A DNA stretch of 64,000 nt from Archangiaceae bacterium (GTDB lineage Bacteria; Myxococcota; Myxococcia; Myxococcales; Myxococcaceae), in assembly GCA_016714225.1 (NCBI GenBank), contig JADJNS010000012.1, positions 253,422 through 317,421 on the forward strand, written 5' to 3'. How positions within the stretch are numbered: the first letter of the stretch is position 1; every line of letters starts with the position of its first letter. Below are positions 28,276 to 38,800 of this stretch, one piece after another. A program made the translations under genes and the position numbers. Below the pieces are notes generated by a model that was not told the DNA's origin, ran no database searches, and saw only the letters and a list, made by a program, of their open reading frames with translations.

Positions 28276-29279
28276 GGCGCAGCGCGCCGGTGCGGGTGCT
28301 GGTGATCGACGACTCGGCCTCGAACCGGCGGGCGATCACCCAGATTCTCGAGTCGGCGCCCGACGTCGAGGTGATCGATCGCGCGCAAGACGGCGCCGAG
28401 GGGCTCGAGAAGGCGCGGCGGCTCAAGCCCGACCTCATCACCCTCGACCTCGAGATGCCCCGGCTCGACGGCTTCGCGTTCTTGCGGCTGCTCCAGCAGG
28501 TGGCGCCGACCCCGGTGATCGTCATCTCGTCGTACGCGCACCGCAGCGACGTGTTCAAGGCGCTCGAGCTGGGCGCCTTCGACTTCGTGGCCAAGCCGAG
28601 CCGGGCCGCCGGCCTCGACACGGTGCGGGTCGACCTGCTCGCCAAGGTGCAGGCGGTGCGGCAGGTGCAGAAGCGTGGCGGAAACCTGAGCGAGGTGCGG
28701 CGCGGCTCAGAGCCCACCCTGCTCGCGGTGGGCGCCTCGACCGGCGGGCCGCAGGCGGTGCACCAGCTGCTGATGGGCCTCAAGGGCACCTCGGCCTGCG
28801 TGCTGGTGGCGCAGCACATGCCGCCGCGGTTCACCCGGGCGTTCGCCGAGCGGCTGGAGAAGGCGTGGGGCCAGAGCGTGACCGAGGCGCGCGGCGGCGA
28901 GCGCCCGCAGGCGGGGTGTGCCTTCGTGGCGCCGGGGGGCAAGCACCTGGTGGTGGTGCGAACCGAGAAGGGCGCGCTCGAGCTGCAGGTGCTCGAGGCC
29001 GGCAGCGCCGACAAGCACGTGCCGTCGATCGACCGGCTGTTCGAGAGCGTGGCGCGCTGTGGCGGGGCGGCGGCGCACGCGGTGGTGCTGACCGGCATGG
29101 GCCATGACGGCGCTCAAGGGGTGGGGGCGATCGCCAGGGCCGGCGGGGTGGTGTGGGCCGAGTCGGAGCAGACTGCGGTGATACCCGGCATGCCACAGGC
29201 GGCGATGAAGACCGGGCACGTCACCTGGGTGCTGCCGCTGCACGAGCTCACCCAAGAGCTGGCCAAGTCGGTGGGCTGA
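28272..29279 (+). CDS. cheB: protein-glutamate methylesterase CheB (receiver + esterase)
   Basis: 335 aa. VLVIDDS...LITLDLEMPRLDG receiver. Esterase Ser GASTGGPQAV, plus His and GMGHDG. GTGA overlap with cheR. Confidence 0.92.
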   Translation: MRRSAPVRVLVIDDSASNRRAITQILESAPDVEVIDRAQDGAEGLEKARRLKPDLITLDLEMPRLDGFAFLRLLQQVAPTPVIVISSYAHRSDVFKALELGAFDFVAKPSRAAGLDTVRVDLLAKVQAVRQVQKRGGNLSEVRRGSEPTLLAVGASTGGPQAVHQLLMGLKGTSACVLVAQHMPPRFTRAFAERLEKAWGQSVTEARGGERPQAGCAFVAPGGKHLVVVRTEKGALELQVLEAGSADKHVPSIDRLFESVARCGGAAAHAVVLTGMGHDGAQGVGAIARAGGVVWAESEQTAVIPGMPQAAMKTGHVTWVLPLHELTQELAKSVG

Positions 29280-29303
29280 AGTGGTAGCTTCTCGCCCGCC
29301 AAG

Positions 29304-29675
29304 ATGAGTCTTCGCGCGCTGGTGGTCGACGATTCGCTGCCCTTGAGGCGCAGCGTGATGTACGCGCTGCAGCGGCTGGGCGACGTGGTGTGCATCGAGG
29401 CCGGCGACGGCGCCGAGGCGATCAAGAAGCTGGCCGCCGGGCCGTACGACATCGTGCTCACCGACATCAACATGCCGCTCCTCGATGGGCTCAAGCTCAT
29501 CAGCCACATTCGCGGCGAGCCGCAGATCTCGAAGCTGCCAATCGTGGTCATCACCACCGAGGCGGCCGAGGCCGATCGTGCGCGCGCGCTGAAGCTCGGC
29601 GCCGACGCCTACCTGGTCAAGCCGGTGAAGGCGCAAGAAGTGCTCGACGCGGTCGCCAAGCTGCTCAACCGATGA
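29304..29675 (+). CDS. cheY: CheY-like single-domain response regulator (second copy)
   Basis: 123 aa. ALVVDDS, IVLTDINMPLLDG, VVITTEA, YLVKPV. Confidence 0.9.
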   Translation: MSLRALVVDDSLPLRRSVMYALQRLGDVVCIEAGDGAEAIKKLAAGPYDIVLTDINMPLLDGLKLISHIRGEPQISKLPIVVITTEAAEADRARALKLGADAYLVKPVKAQEVLDAVAKLLNR

Positions 29676-31606
29676 GGCTGCTCGCGCTCGTGGTGGTGGG
29701 GCGGGCCGCGGTCGCGCTGGCCGGCCCGCTCGCCGAGGTGTGGCCGTACCAGACCAAGCGGCTCGACGCCTCGACGCTCGAGTACTCGTATGATCTCACC
29801 GCGCTCAAGCAGGGCGGCGGCACGCCCGACGCCAAGTCGGAGAACGGCGAAGCGGCGGTGGCCGCGTTTCTGAAGGGCCTGCCCCGCGAGGTGAAGCTCA
29901 AGGTGAAGGGCGGGGGGCTCTTGTACGTGTCGGGTGCGCGCGGCATCGAGCAGGCGCCCCTGGCCACCAGCTTCACCACCGTGCCCGACGGTCAGCTCGC
30001 CTCTGATGACCCGCTGCGGCGAAGGCCTGCGAGCCGCATGCGCCCGGCGCTCGACCCCGACGAGCCCAAGCTCTTGCCCGCGGCCGAGATGGCGCTGTGG
30101 CGGGCGCGGCGCATCGAAGACGGGGCGCTGGCGGCGGCGGCGCTCGACACCGACCGGCTGCTCAAGGCCTGGCTCACCCAGGTCTTCAACGCGGTGGTGG
30201 CGCGGGCCAACCACGCCGACGGCGACGATCGCGACGGGGCCATTCTGCTGGGCGGCCGGGTGGCGGTGGCGCTCTCGTGCCTCGACGCGGCGAAACTGCC
30301 GGCGGCGCCGCTGATGGTGAACGAGGCGCGCGCGCAGCTCGACGAGCTGAGCCACGACGAGAAAGTGCCGCCGCCGCGCAGCTACTGGGAGTGGACCCCC
30401 GAGCTGCAGTGCGCGTTCAAGCGCTGGCAGCTCTTGGGGCTCAGCTTCCCCGCGTCGCGCGCCGGCTACTCTGCGGGTCTGGTGCTGCTCTCGCTGGTGA
30501 AAGACCCGCGGCTGAAGACCAGTTGGCTGAAGGTGCGTGGGCGGCGCGACGCGCTGTTCGGGGGGCCGGCGGTCGAGCCGCTGCAAGAGTACCTGGCCAA
30601 GGCCGGAGGAGACCCCGACGCCGCGCTCGACGACATGATGGCGACCATCGATCGGCAGGGGCCCACGGTGCCCCCGGTGCTGGCGTCGCCGCGGGCTCCG
30701 TTCGGTGAGTTCTTGAACAGCCTGCAGGGAGCCGAGCGGGCCCAGGCGATCGACGAGCTGTTCGCGGCGGTGGGTGAAGGGCGGGTCAAGCCGCCCATCG
30801 AGACCACCGCGTCGGTCGAGCCGCTGCGGCAGGCGGCGCTGGCGGCGTTCGCCCTGGCCGAGCCACCCCAGGGGCTGCAGTTCGACGCCGACTGGCGCGA
30901 CCGGCTGAGCGGCGCGTTCAGCGCGCTGCAGGGCGCGGGGCACGAGGCGAGAGAGAGCCGGCTCGAGGCGTCGCCGCGCGAGGTGCTGAAGAGCGAGCTC
31001 AAGGTGGTGCTGCAGGTGCCGCCGTCGCTCGAGGTCGAGCCGCTGCCCGAGGCGTTCAAGCGGGCGTCTGACGCGTCGGCGCGGCTGGCCGCGGTGTTGA
31101 CCGCCGAGGGGCTGACGGCGATGACCGCGCTCGACCCCGAAGGGCTGCGCGGTGGGGTAGCGGTACCCGAGCTCAAGCGCTTCGCGTCGGTGCTGGCGGG
31201 GCTGGCGGTGATCTCGTCGCGCGGCGCCGTCGAGACGCCCGACGTGGCGAACGCGCGGCGGTTTCTCGCCACCTGGCGCGCCGACCCGGTGCTGGCCCGA
31301 GACGTGCGGTTCGCTGCCGCGCACGCGGTGGCCTACGAGGGGCTGCGCACCCACTCGGTGATCGCCGGCGTGGCGCGTCGCGAGCTGGCGGTGCAGTTCG
31401 CCGAAGCCCCGACGGTCGAGGGCGCGGGCGGGGTGGCAGGGCTGACCTTCGATACCCGCGCCGAGCAGCGCTACCTGGTGCCGGTGCTGTACACGGTGAG
31501 CTACCGGGCCAAGGTGAGCGAGGCGCCGCTCAAGTTCGCGCCGCTGCGCAAGGCGATCGACGCCGCGAACCGCGAGCCGCTGCAGATACCCGGCGCGCTG
31601 CAGTAG
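29672..31606 (+). CDS. exported 644-aa protein of unknown function (possibly DUF3160-like)
   Basis: The ATG overlaps the cheY stop (ATGA). Signal peptide MRLLALVVVGRAAVALAGP. Segment PPPRSYWEWTPELQCAFKRWQLLG resembles the PRGHYT..ELKRYFRAMMW motif I recall from DUF3160. No coiled-coil or MCP signature. Confidence 0.6.
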   Translation: MRLLALVVVGRAAVALAGPLAEVWPYQTKRLDASTLEYSYDLTALKQGGGTPDAKSENGEAAVAAFLKGLPREVKLKVKGGGLLYVSGARGIEQAPLATSFTTVPDGQLASDDPLRRRPASRMRPALDPDEPKLLPAAEMALWRARRIEDGALAAAALDTDRLLKAWLTQVFNAVVARANHADGDDRDGAILLGGRVAVALSCLDAAKLPAAPLMVNEARAQLDELSHDEKVPPPRSYWEWTPELQCAFKRWQLLGLSFPASRAGYSAGLVLLSLVKDPRLKTSWLKVRGRRDALFGGPAVEPLQEYLAKAGGDPDAALDDMMATIDRQGPTVPPVLASPRAPFGEFLNSLQGAERAQAIDELFAAVGEGRVKPPIETTASVEPLRQAALAAFALAEPPQGLQFDADWRDRLSGAFSALQGAGHEARESRLEASPREVLKSELKVVLQVPPSLEVEPLPEAFKRASDASARLAAVLTAEGLTAMTALDPEGLRGGVAVPELKRFASVLAGLAVISSRGAVETPDVANARRFLATWRADPVLARDVRFAAAHAVAYEGLRTHSVIAGVARRELAVQFAEAPTVEGAGGVAGLTFDTRAEQRYLVPVLYTVSYRAKVSEAPLKFAPLRKAIDAANREPLQIPGALQ

Positions 31607-31676
31607 CCCCGGCAAACCGCGCCCGTCTACGGCCCGAGCTTCCGCGCGTGGCTCGACCTGAAGGCCCCGGTCACCG

Positions 31677-32828
31677 TCACCGGCAGTCGACGCGCTGCAG
31701 CTCGGCCGAGGTCTCGGTGCGGCGCAGGTACACGACGCCGCCCGACTCGAGCACCGCCAGCTCGCGCAGCGTCTGATCGGCCGAGGTGTTGGCCTGAAGC
31801 TCGGTGCGCGAGAGGGGGCGACCGTCGCTCGCATCGAGGCACAGCAGATCGACGGTCGGCTTGGGTTCGGCCGAGGGCCGGTCGGGCGGCACGCGCTCGC
31901 CCTGCGCGGCCAGATAGATGAGCCCCGAGCGATCGCTGCCCAGCAGTGCGATGCGCAGCACCGACATGCCCAGCCTCACCTCACGGGTGAAGCGCTCGTC
32001 GCCGGTGCGGCGGTCGATGGCCTTGAGCACCACCACCCCGTGGGCCCCATCGGTCAGCGTGGCGGTGACGAACGCGCGCCCGTCGCGGGTGGGCCGGCCG
32101 GGAGCCTCGGTGCGCGCGCCGTCGGCGTGGCCCTGGCTGTCACCCAGCCGGTTGAGCGTGCCGCCCTCGCGCTCGGCGTAGACGTCGTCTCCGTCGACCA
32201 CCACCGCCGAGACCCGCGCCGGCTCGACGAGCTTGTACTCGGCGACCCGCTTGCCGTCGGGGCCCAGCACCGCCACCGCGCGCTCGGCGGCCCGGTCGAG
32301 CACCGCGAGGTTGCCGTCGTCGAGCACCTGCAGATCGACCGGGCGGGAGAGCCCGACCGGCAGCTCACCCACCGGCTTGCCGCGCGCGTCGACCTTCACC
32401 ACCCGCCGGTTCACCTGGTCGAGCAGCCACACCGTGTCGTTGGCGTCGGCGTCGAGGCTCATCGGGGCCTCGGGGTTGCCGTCGCGCGGGCGCGCGCGGC
32501 CGAGCTGGCCCTTGCCGGCGCCCCAGGCGAAGGTGGCCAGCACCTCGGTGCGCGGCTCGACGGTGACCACGCCGGCGTCGGAGCCCTGCGGCGCGGGCCT
32601 GGGCTTCACCGCCGCCGCGGGCCGCGGGGCAGGCCGGGTCGGGCTGATGCGCACCACCGGCTCGTCTTCGCTCAAGGTGGGCTCGACCTCGGCGGCCGAC
32701 CGGCGCACCGCGGGAGGCAGCAGCATCACCGCCACCACCGCCGCCGCGCACGCTGCGAGAACGACGCCCAGCAACACGTTCTCCCGCTCCATGGGCGGCA
32801 ACACACCATACGACCGATCGCCATGCAT
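31677..32828 (-). CDS. membrane-anchored protein with beta-propeller-like repeats, function unknown
   Basis: One TM helix (LLGVVLAACAAAVVAVMLL), a Pro-rich spacer, then repeated V-x-D..G.L.VLD-type strands. The start is probably the internal ATG at 32792. Confidence 0.55.
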   Translation of the reverse strand: MHGDRSYGVLPPMERENVLLGVVLAACAAAVVAVMLLPPAVRRSAAEVEPTLSEDEPVVRISPTRPAPRPAAAVKPRPAPQGSDAGVVTVEPRTEVLATFAWGAGKGQLGRARPRDGNPEAPMSLDADANDTVWLLDQVNRRVVKVDARGKPVGELPVGLSRPVDLQVLDDGNLAVLDRAAERAVAVLGPDGKRVAEYKLVEPARVSAVVVDGDDVYAEREGGTLNRLGDSQGHADGARTEAPGRPTRDGRAFVTATLTDGAHGVVVLKAIDRRTGDERFTREVRLGMSVLRIALLGSDRSGLIYLAAQGERVPPDRPSAEPKPTVDLLCLDASDGRPLSRTELQANTSADQTLRELAVLESGGVVYLRRTETSAELQRVDCR

Positions 32829-33167
32829 CGATCATTCACCGTTGCCTTCGGTGCAGTTACACTGCCGCGCGAATTGGTTGACCCCGACGTTCCCATCGAT
32901 CGCGACCGGAAGATTCGCCAGACGTTCAGGCTGGGCGAGTACGAGAAGCTCTCGCTGCCCCCGCTGCCGCTGCGGCCGCCGATGCGGCTCACCCCCGGTG
33001 AGCGCGAGGTGATCGCGCTGATGTTCCAGGGCAAGAGCGACGCGCAGATCGCCAAGGCCCGCGGCACCTCGGTGCGCACGGTGCTGAACCAGGTGACCTC
33101 GATCTTCCGCAAGCTGGGCATCAAGTCGCGCGACGAGCTGATGGCGTTGCTCGGCGCGGCGAAGTGA
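32823..33167 (+). CDS. LuxR/GerE-family HTH transcriptional regulator (small, solo)
   Basis: C-terminal LTPGEREVIALMFQGKSDAQIAKARGTSVRTVLNQVTSIFRKLGIKSRDEL. The start is uncertain: the first ~17 codons have low GC3, and alternatives are TTG 32874 or ATG 32982. Confidence 0.75.
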   Translation: MHRSFTVAFGAVTLPRELVDPDVPIDRDRKIRQTFRLGEYEKLSLPPLPLRPPMRLTPGEREVIALMFQGKSDAQIAKARGTSVRTVLNQVTSIFRKLGIKSRDELMALLGAAK

Positions 33168-33212
33168 GCTGCGTTCTGCGGCTTGCCCAAAGGTGCTACG
33201 AGCGCCGCCTTC

Positions 33213-33965
33213 ATGCTCACCCTGCTGGTCACCGTCGCTCTGCACGCCACGCCCCGCCCGGTGGTGCTCGAGAACCACGGGTTCGAAGGCCCCACGGTGC
33301 GCGCCGACGAGCTCGCCTACCTTGAGGCCTTCTTCGCCAACCAGCTGCGCGCGCAGGGGGTGAAGGTCACCGCGAAGGGTGAGGCGGCGAGGCCGCCTGG
33401 CTCGGACGGGGTGCTCGAGGGCACGCTCACCCGCGCCGGCCGAGACAGCCTGAGCCTCGACCTGAAGGTGCTGGGCGGCACCTCAGAGACCCTGGCGGCG
33501 CGGAGCGTCACCGCGCAGAACGACTCCGAGGCGTACGAGCTGCTGCGCCGGGCCGCGCAGGAGATCGCCCTCGAGCTCTTTCACCAGCTCGAGCGCACCC
33601 CGGTGTCGCAGGTTCCGCTGCCGTTGCCTCCTGCGCCCGAGCAGCCTTCGTCGGCGGTGCCCGGCCTGGTGGTGGCGGGGCTGGGGGTGCTGGCCGCGGC
33701 CGGCGGAGGCGTGATGGTGTTCATCGCGCGCGACCAGCTCTCGAAGGTGCGAAACGGCGCGCCCGACACGTACTTCCATGCGAAGAACGACGCCGAGGTG
33801 GCGCGGTCGCTCTCGCTCGCCGGGGTGGTGCTCGCGGGCGTGGGCGCCGCGGCGGTGGTGGGCGGAGCCCTCTACGCGCTGGTGGTCAACCGGTGGAACG
33901 CGCGGCTCGAGGTGGTGGTGGTGCCGGGCGGCGCCATGGTCGGCTTCACCGGGAGCCTGCCGTGA
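33213..33965 (+). CDS. exported/membrane protein, function unknown
   Basis: ATG at 33213 gives signal peptide MLTLLVTVALHA; an alternative TTG lies at 33183. Two C-terminal hydrophobic helices. Confidence 0.5.
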   Translation: MLTLLVTVALHATPRPVVLENHGFEGPTVRADELAYLEAFFANQLRAQGVKVTAKGEAARPPGSDGVLEGTLTRAGRDSLSLDLKVLGGTSETLAARSVTAQNDSEAYELLRRAAQEIALELFHQLERTPVSQVPLPLPPAPEQPSSAVPGLVVAGLGVLAAAGGGVMVFIARDQLSKVRNGAPDTYFHAKNDAEVARSLSLAGVVLAGVGAAAVVGGALYALVVNRWNARLEVVVVPGGAMVGFTGSLP

Positions 33966-34249
33966 GGCTCGGCCTGCTGGTCGCGCTCGCCGCGAGCGCG
34001 TGCATCAGCGACGCCGAGGTGGCTGACGCGCTGAGCGGCTACTGCGCCAACAGCGAAGGTCAGGTCTGCGAGAAAGACACGCAGTGCTGCCAGGGCTTCG
34101 CCTGCCTCGAGTCGACCTGCCACGCGCTGGTCGAGGGCCGCTGCCTGTTCACCGCCGACGCCGGCCACACCCTGCGGGCGGCTGGCGCGGGCTGCGGCTG
34201 CGGCGCCGACTGTGCGAGCGGGGCCTGCGTCGACCTGAAGTGCGAGTGA
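33962..34249 (+). CDS. small cysteine-rich lipoprotein with knottin-like Cys spacing
   Basis: GTG at 33962 overlaps the upstream stop (GTGA). Lipobox LAASAC. The mature ~80 aa carry 12 further Cys. The first six are spaced C-x7-C-x5-CC-x4-C-x4-C. Confidence 0.55.
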   Translation: MRLGLLVALAASACISDAEVADALSGYCANSEGQVCEKDTQCCQGFACLESTCHALVEGRCLFTADAGHTLRAAGAGCGCGADCASGACVDLKCE

Positions 34250-34250
34250 G

Positions 34251-34275
34251 ACCACCGCTCGAGTCGAGCGGTGGT
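34251..34275 (+). terminator. perfect 11-bp hairpin (ACCACCGCTCG / CGAGCGGTGGT, 3-nt loop) directly after the stop codon
   Basis: Inverted repeat read from the sequence. The nearest T-run (CTTTT) is 13 nt downstream, so it is not a textbook intrinsic terminator. Confidence 0.45.
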
Positions 34276-34312
34276 TCAAAGCGGCGGCTTTTGGAGTAAG
34301 CCGTGCGCCGTC

Positions 34313-35711
<1,399 letters not shown>

Positions 35712-35779
35712 ACTCGCTGGCGGGCGGCGCGTCTTCGATGTGGGTGCGAGCATCGCGTCGTCTGCGCCTGCCCCCCTCG

Positions 35780-35800
35780 TCCCTCTCCGCTGGGGAGGGA
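35780..35800. terminator. hairpin between convergent asnS and kinase genes (TCCCTCTCC GCT GGGGAGGGA) followed by GGCTCTTT
   Basis: 9-bp stem with one G-U pair. Lies between the stops at 35711 (+) and 35807 (-). Sequence-related to the hairpin at 7557-7579. Confidence 0.45.
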
Positions 35801-35806
35801 GGCTCT

Positions 35807-38800
35807 TTACAGCGCCGCGGCCTGCTGCTTGCCCTCTTCCCAGTTGATGAGGCCGGCGATGCGGCGGGCGAGCTCGGCGGCCTGCTTCGACACCGCGTGG
35901 GCCTCGAAGCGCTTGGCGACCTTGGCCAGGTTCAGCATCTGCCGCGCCTGGAAGTAGAGGTCTCCGCTGCGTGAAGCGGCGGCGGCGGCCTCTTTGAAGC
36001 AGCGGGCGGCCTCTTCCGACTCCTTCGCCTGCACGTGCAGCGCGCCCATGTTGGCCAGCACGCGCGCCTCGGCGTAGGGGAAGGCGGTCTTTCGCCACGC
36101 CTGCAGCGCGCTGCCGTAGAGCTGCTTGGCGGCGGTCACGTCTTTCTGCGCCAGCAGCACCCCGGCCAAGCGGGTCTCGACGCGCGCGCGGAAGTCGATC
36201 TCTGAGTGCCAGCGGGCCAGCTCTTGCGCCGCGTCGGCGTTGGTGAGCGCCTGGCGAAACGCATTGGCCGCGCCCTTCAGGTCGCCCTCGGCCTCGCACG
36301 CCTCGGCCCGCTCGGCCCACACCAGCTGCACCAGCGCGGTGCCCTGCGCGCGGCGCAGCGCCAGCTCGAGCGCCTCTGACGCCTTGGCGCGCCGCGCCTC
36401 GCTGCGCAGCACCCGCGCCATCGACAGGCACAGCTCGCCGCTCTCGATGTTCTTCGCGGTGGCCAGCGCCTGGCCCTCGTCGACCAGCGCACGGGCGAGC
36501 AGCGGCTCACCGGTGGCCACCGCAGTGGCGGCGGCGCGGGCCAGGGTCTCGACCCGGGCGCGCGCCACCTCGAGCGGCGCCTGGGGGCTCTCGAGCATCA
36601 CCTTGAGCGCGTCGCTCCAGCCGCGCAGCGCCTGCAGCACTTCGCGGGGGGCGCGGCGCTTGAGCGCGCTCTCGACCACGCTGCGCCACAGCTGCAGCGC
36701 GCGGGTAGTGTCTTTCGCGGCGGTGAAGTGCTCGGCGATGCGCGCGGCGTCAGGCTGCACCCCGGCGGCGCGGGCGGCGTCGATCAGCACCGCGGCGAGG
36801 CGGGTGTGCAGCTCGGGCCGCCGCGGCGAGGGCATCGACAGCCCGACCCGCGCGTAGCGATCGGAGACCACCGACCAGCGCCGGCCGCCCATCGCACGCA
36901 CCAGCCGGCTGGCGACCAGGCGCTGGTACGCGCTCTGCGGGGTCTGGGGCTGCACCGCGTTGAGCACCGCCCCGTCGATCGAGTCGCCCGCCAGACAGCA
37001 GGTCTCGAACAGCCGCAGTGCGTCGGGCCACAGCGCCTTCACCCGCTCTGCGGCCAGCTCGGCGTCGTCGTAGCCGGGCGGCTCGGTGGCCAGCACGTAC
37101 GCGCCGCTCACGAAGCGCAGCTGGCCGCGATCGGCGAGCAGGTGCAGCCAGTCGATCATCAGGCCGGGCAGCCCGCGGCCGCGGCGGTGCACCGTCTCGA
37201 TGAGCTTCTCGCTCACCTGGGCGCCGCCGAGCCAGGCGCTGATCATCGCGGCGGCCTCGGGGCTCTGCAGCGGCGGCAGCTCGAGGGTGGGCACCTTCTG
37301 GAACCGCTCGGCGGCGAAGGCGGGGTCCGACAGGCCCACGGTGAGCTCGCGCTGCACCGGGCGCGACGACATCTCGCGAAACGCGTCGACGGTGTACGGG
37401 TCCATCGCCTCGAGCCCGTCGAAGATGAGCAGCATCTTGCGGCCCACTGCGCCGAGGTTGAGCACCGCGCGCAGGGCGTAGACCGCCTGCCCCGGGGTGA
37501 AGGGCTGCGGCACGTGCCGAACCCCGGCGATCACCAGCGCGGCCTCGAGCTCGGGCGGCGGCAGCTTGAGCGCCTCGAGCGCCTGCGGCAGCCGCTGTAC
37601 CCGCTGCTCCTTGGGCACGCCACACACGCTGCACAGCAGCTCGGCGAGCCCGGCGTAGGGCAGGGTGCGGGTCGAGCCGAGCGCGCGCGCGATGCCCACC
37701 ACCGCCTGTTGGTGTCGCCCGCGCACCGAGAGCTCTTGCGCCACGGTGGTGCGGCCCGAGCCCGACTCGCCGGTGACCACCACCGGCGCCACGATGCCCT
37801 GCGTCAGGCTGGTGAGCCGCTTGTCGAGCGCCGAGAGCACCGCGTCGCGGCCATAGAGGGTGGTGACGTTGTGCAGCACCGGCCGCCGCTCGCCCACCTC
37901 GACCACCTCGGGCCCGGCCTCGGCGACGGTGACCACGTCTTGCACCTCGAGGGCCATCTGCCGGTCGGCGACGATCTTCCCCGCGCCGGTCTTGGCGGCG
38001 AGGGTTCGGGCACGCAGCGCCAGCTCGCCCTCGAGCGGCTGGTCGGTCTCGGGAATCGAGATCTTGCCGAACACCGCCGCGGCGCGCAGCGAAGCGCCGG
38101 GCACCTCGTCGGCCACCGCCTCGCGCATCTGCAGCGCGGCGTAGAGCGCGGCCACCCCGGGCACCAGCGCGTCTTCGCCCTGGAAGAGCAGGGTGAGCCC
38201 GTCTTCGTCGAGGGCATCGACGATGCCGTCGTGCTCGAGGCCGACGGTGAGCGCGCGACCCAGGGCCAGCGCGCGGGCGCCGGTCTCGGGCGGAGCCCGC
38301 AGCAGCTCGACGTGCAGCATCACCAGCTTGCGAGTGCCGGGCTCGAGGCCCAGGCGCTGGGCGGCGAGGCGCTGGCGCAGCTGCGGCGCGAGGGGCACCT
38401 TGAGCGCGTCGAGCGCGGCCTCGAGGCGGTGGGCCGCTTCGGCCGGCGCGGCGACCGGGTCGCTGCGCAGCGGCTCGAGCTGCGCGGCGGGCAGGCGGCC
38501 GGTGTCGAAGGCGAAGAACGAGCTCACCTCGGCCTTCACCGGCGCGGGCACGCTCACCGGAGCGGGAGGCGCGGCCAGCGCCGCCGGCGGGGGCCAGTGG
38601 TCATCGCTCGCCGCGGTGCCGGGCACCGCCTCGGCGGGCGGCGGCCACGCCTCGGCGGCGGCCGCGGGCAGCGCGGTGTCGGGCGGCGGCCAGTCTTCGA
38701 ACGCGCCGGGTATCGGCACCGAGCGCTTCACGCTCTCGCGCAGGGCCAGCGCCACCTCTTTCACGTTCTGGAAGCGGTGGGTGCGGTCTTTCGCCAGCAT

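Noticed and set aside
29672-31606. The large che-linked ORF as the missing MCP.
   Set aside because: It has a cleavable-type signal peptide and no TM helices. It also lacks a HAMP or long heptad coiled-coil and has no Gln/Glu-rich methylation helices.
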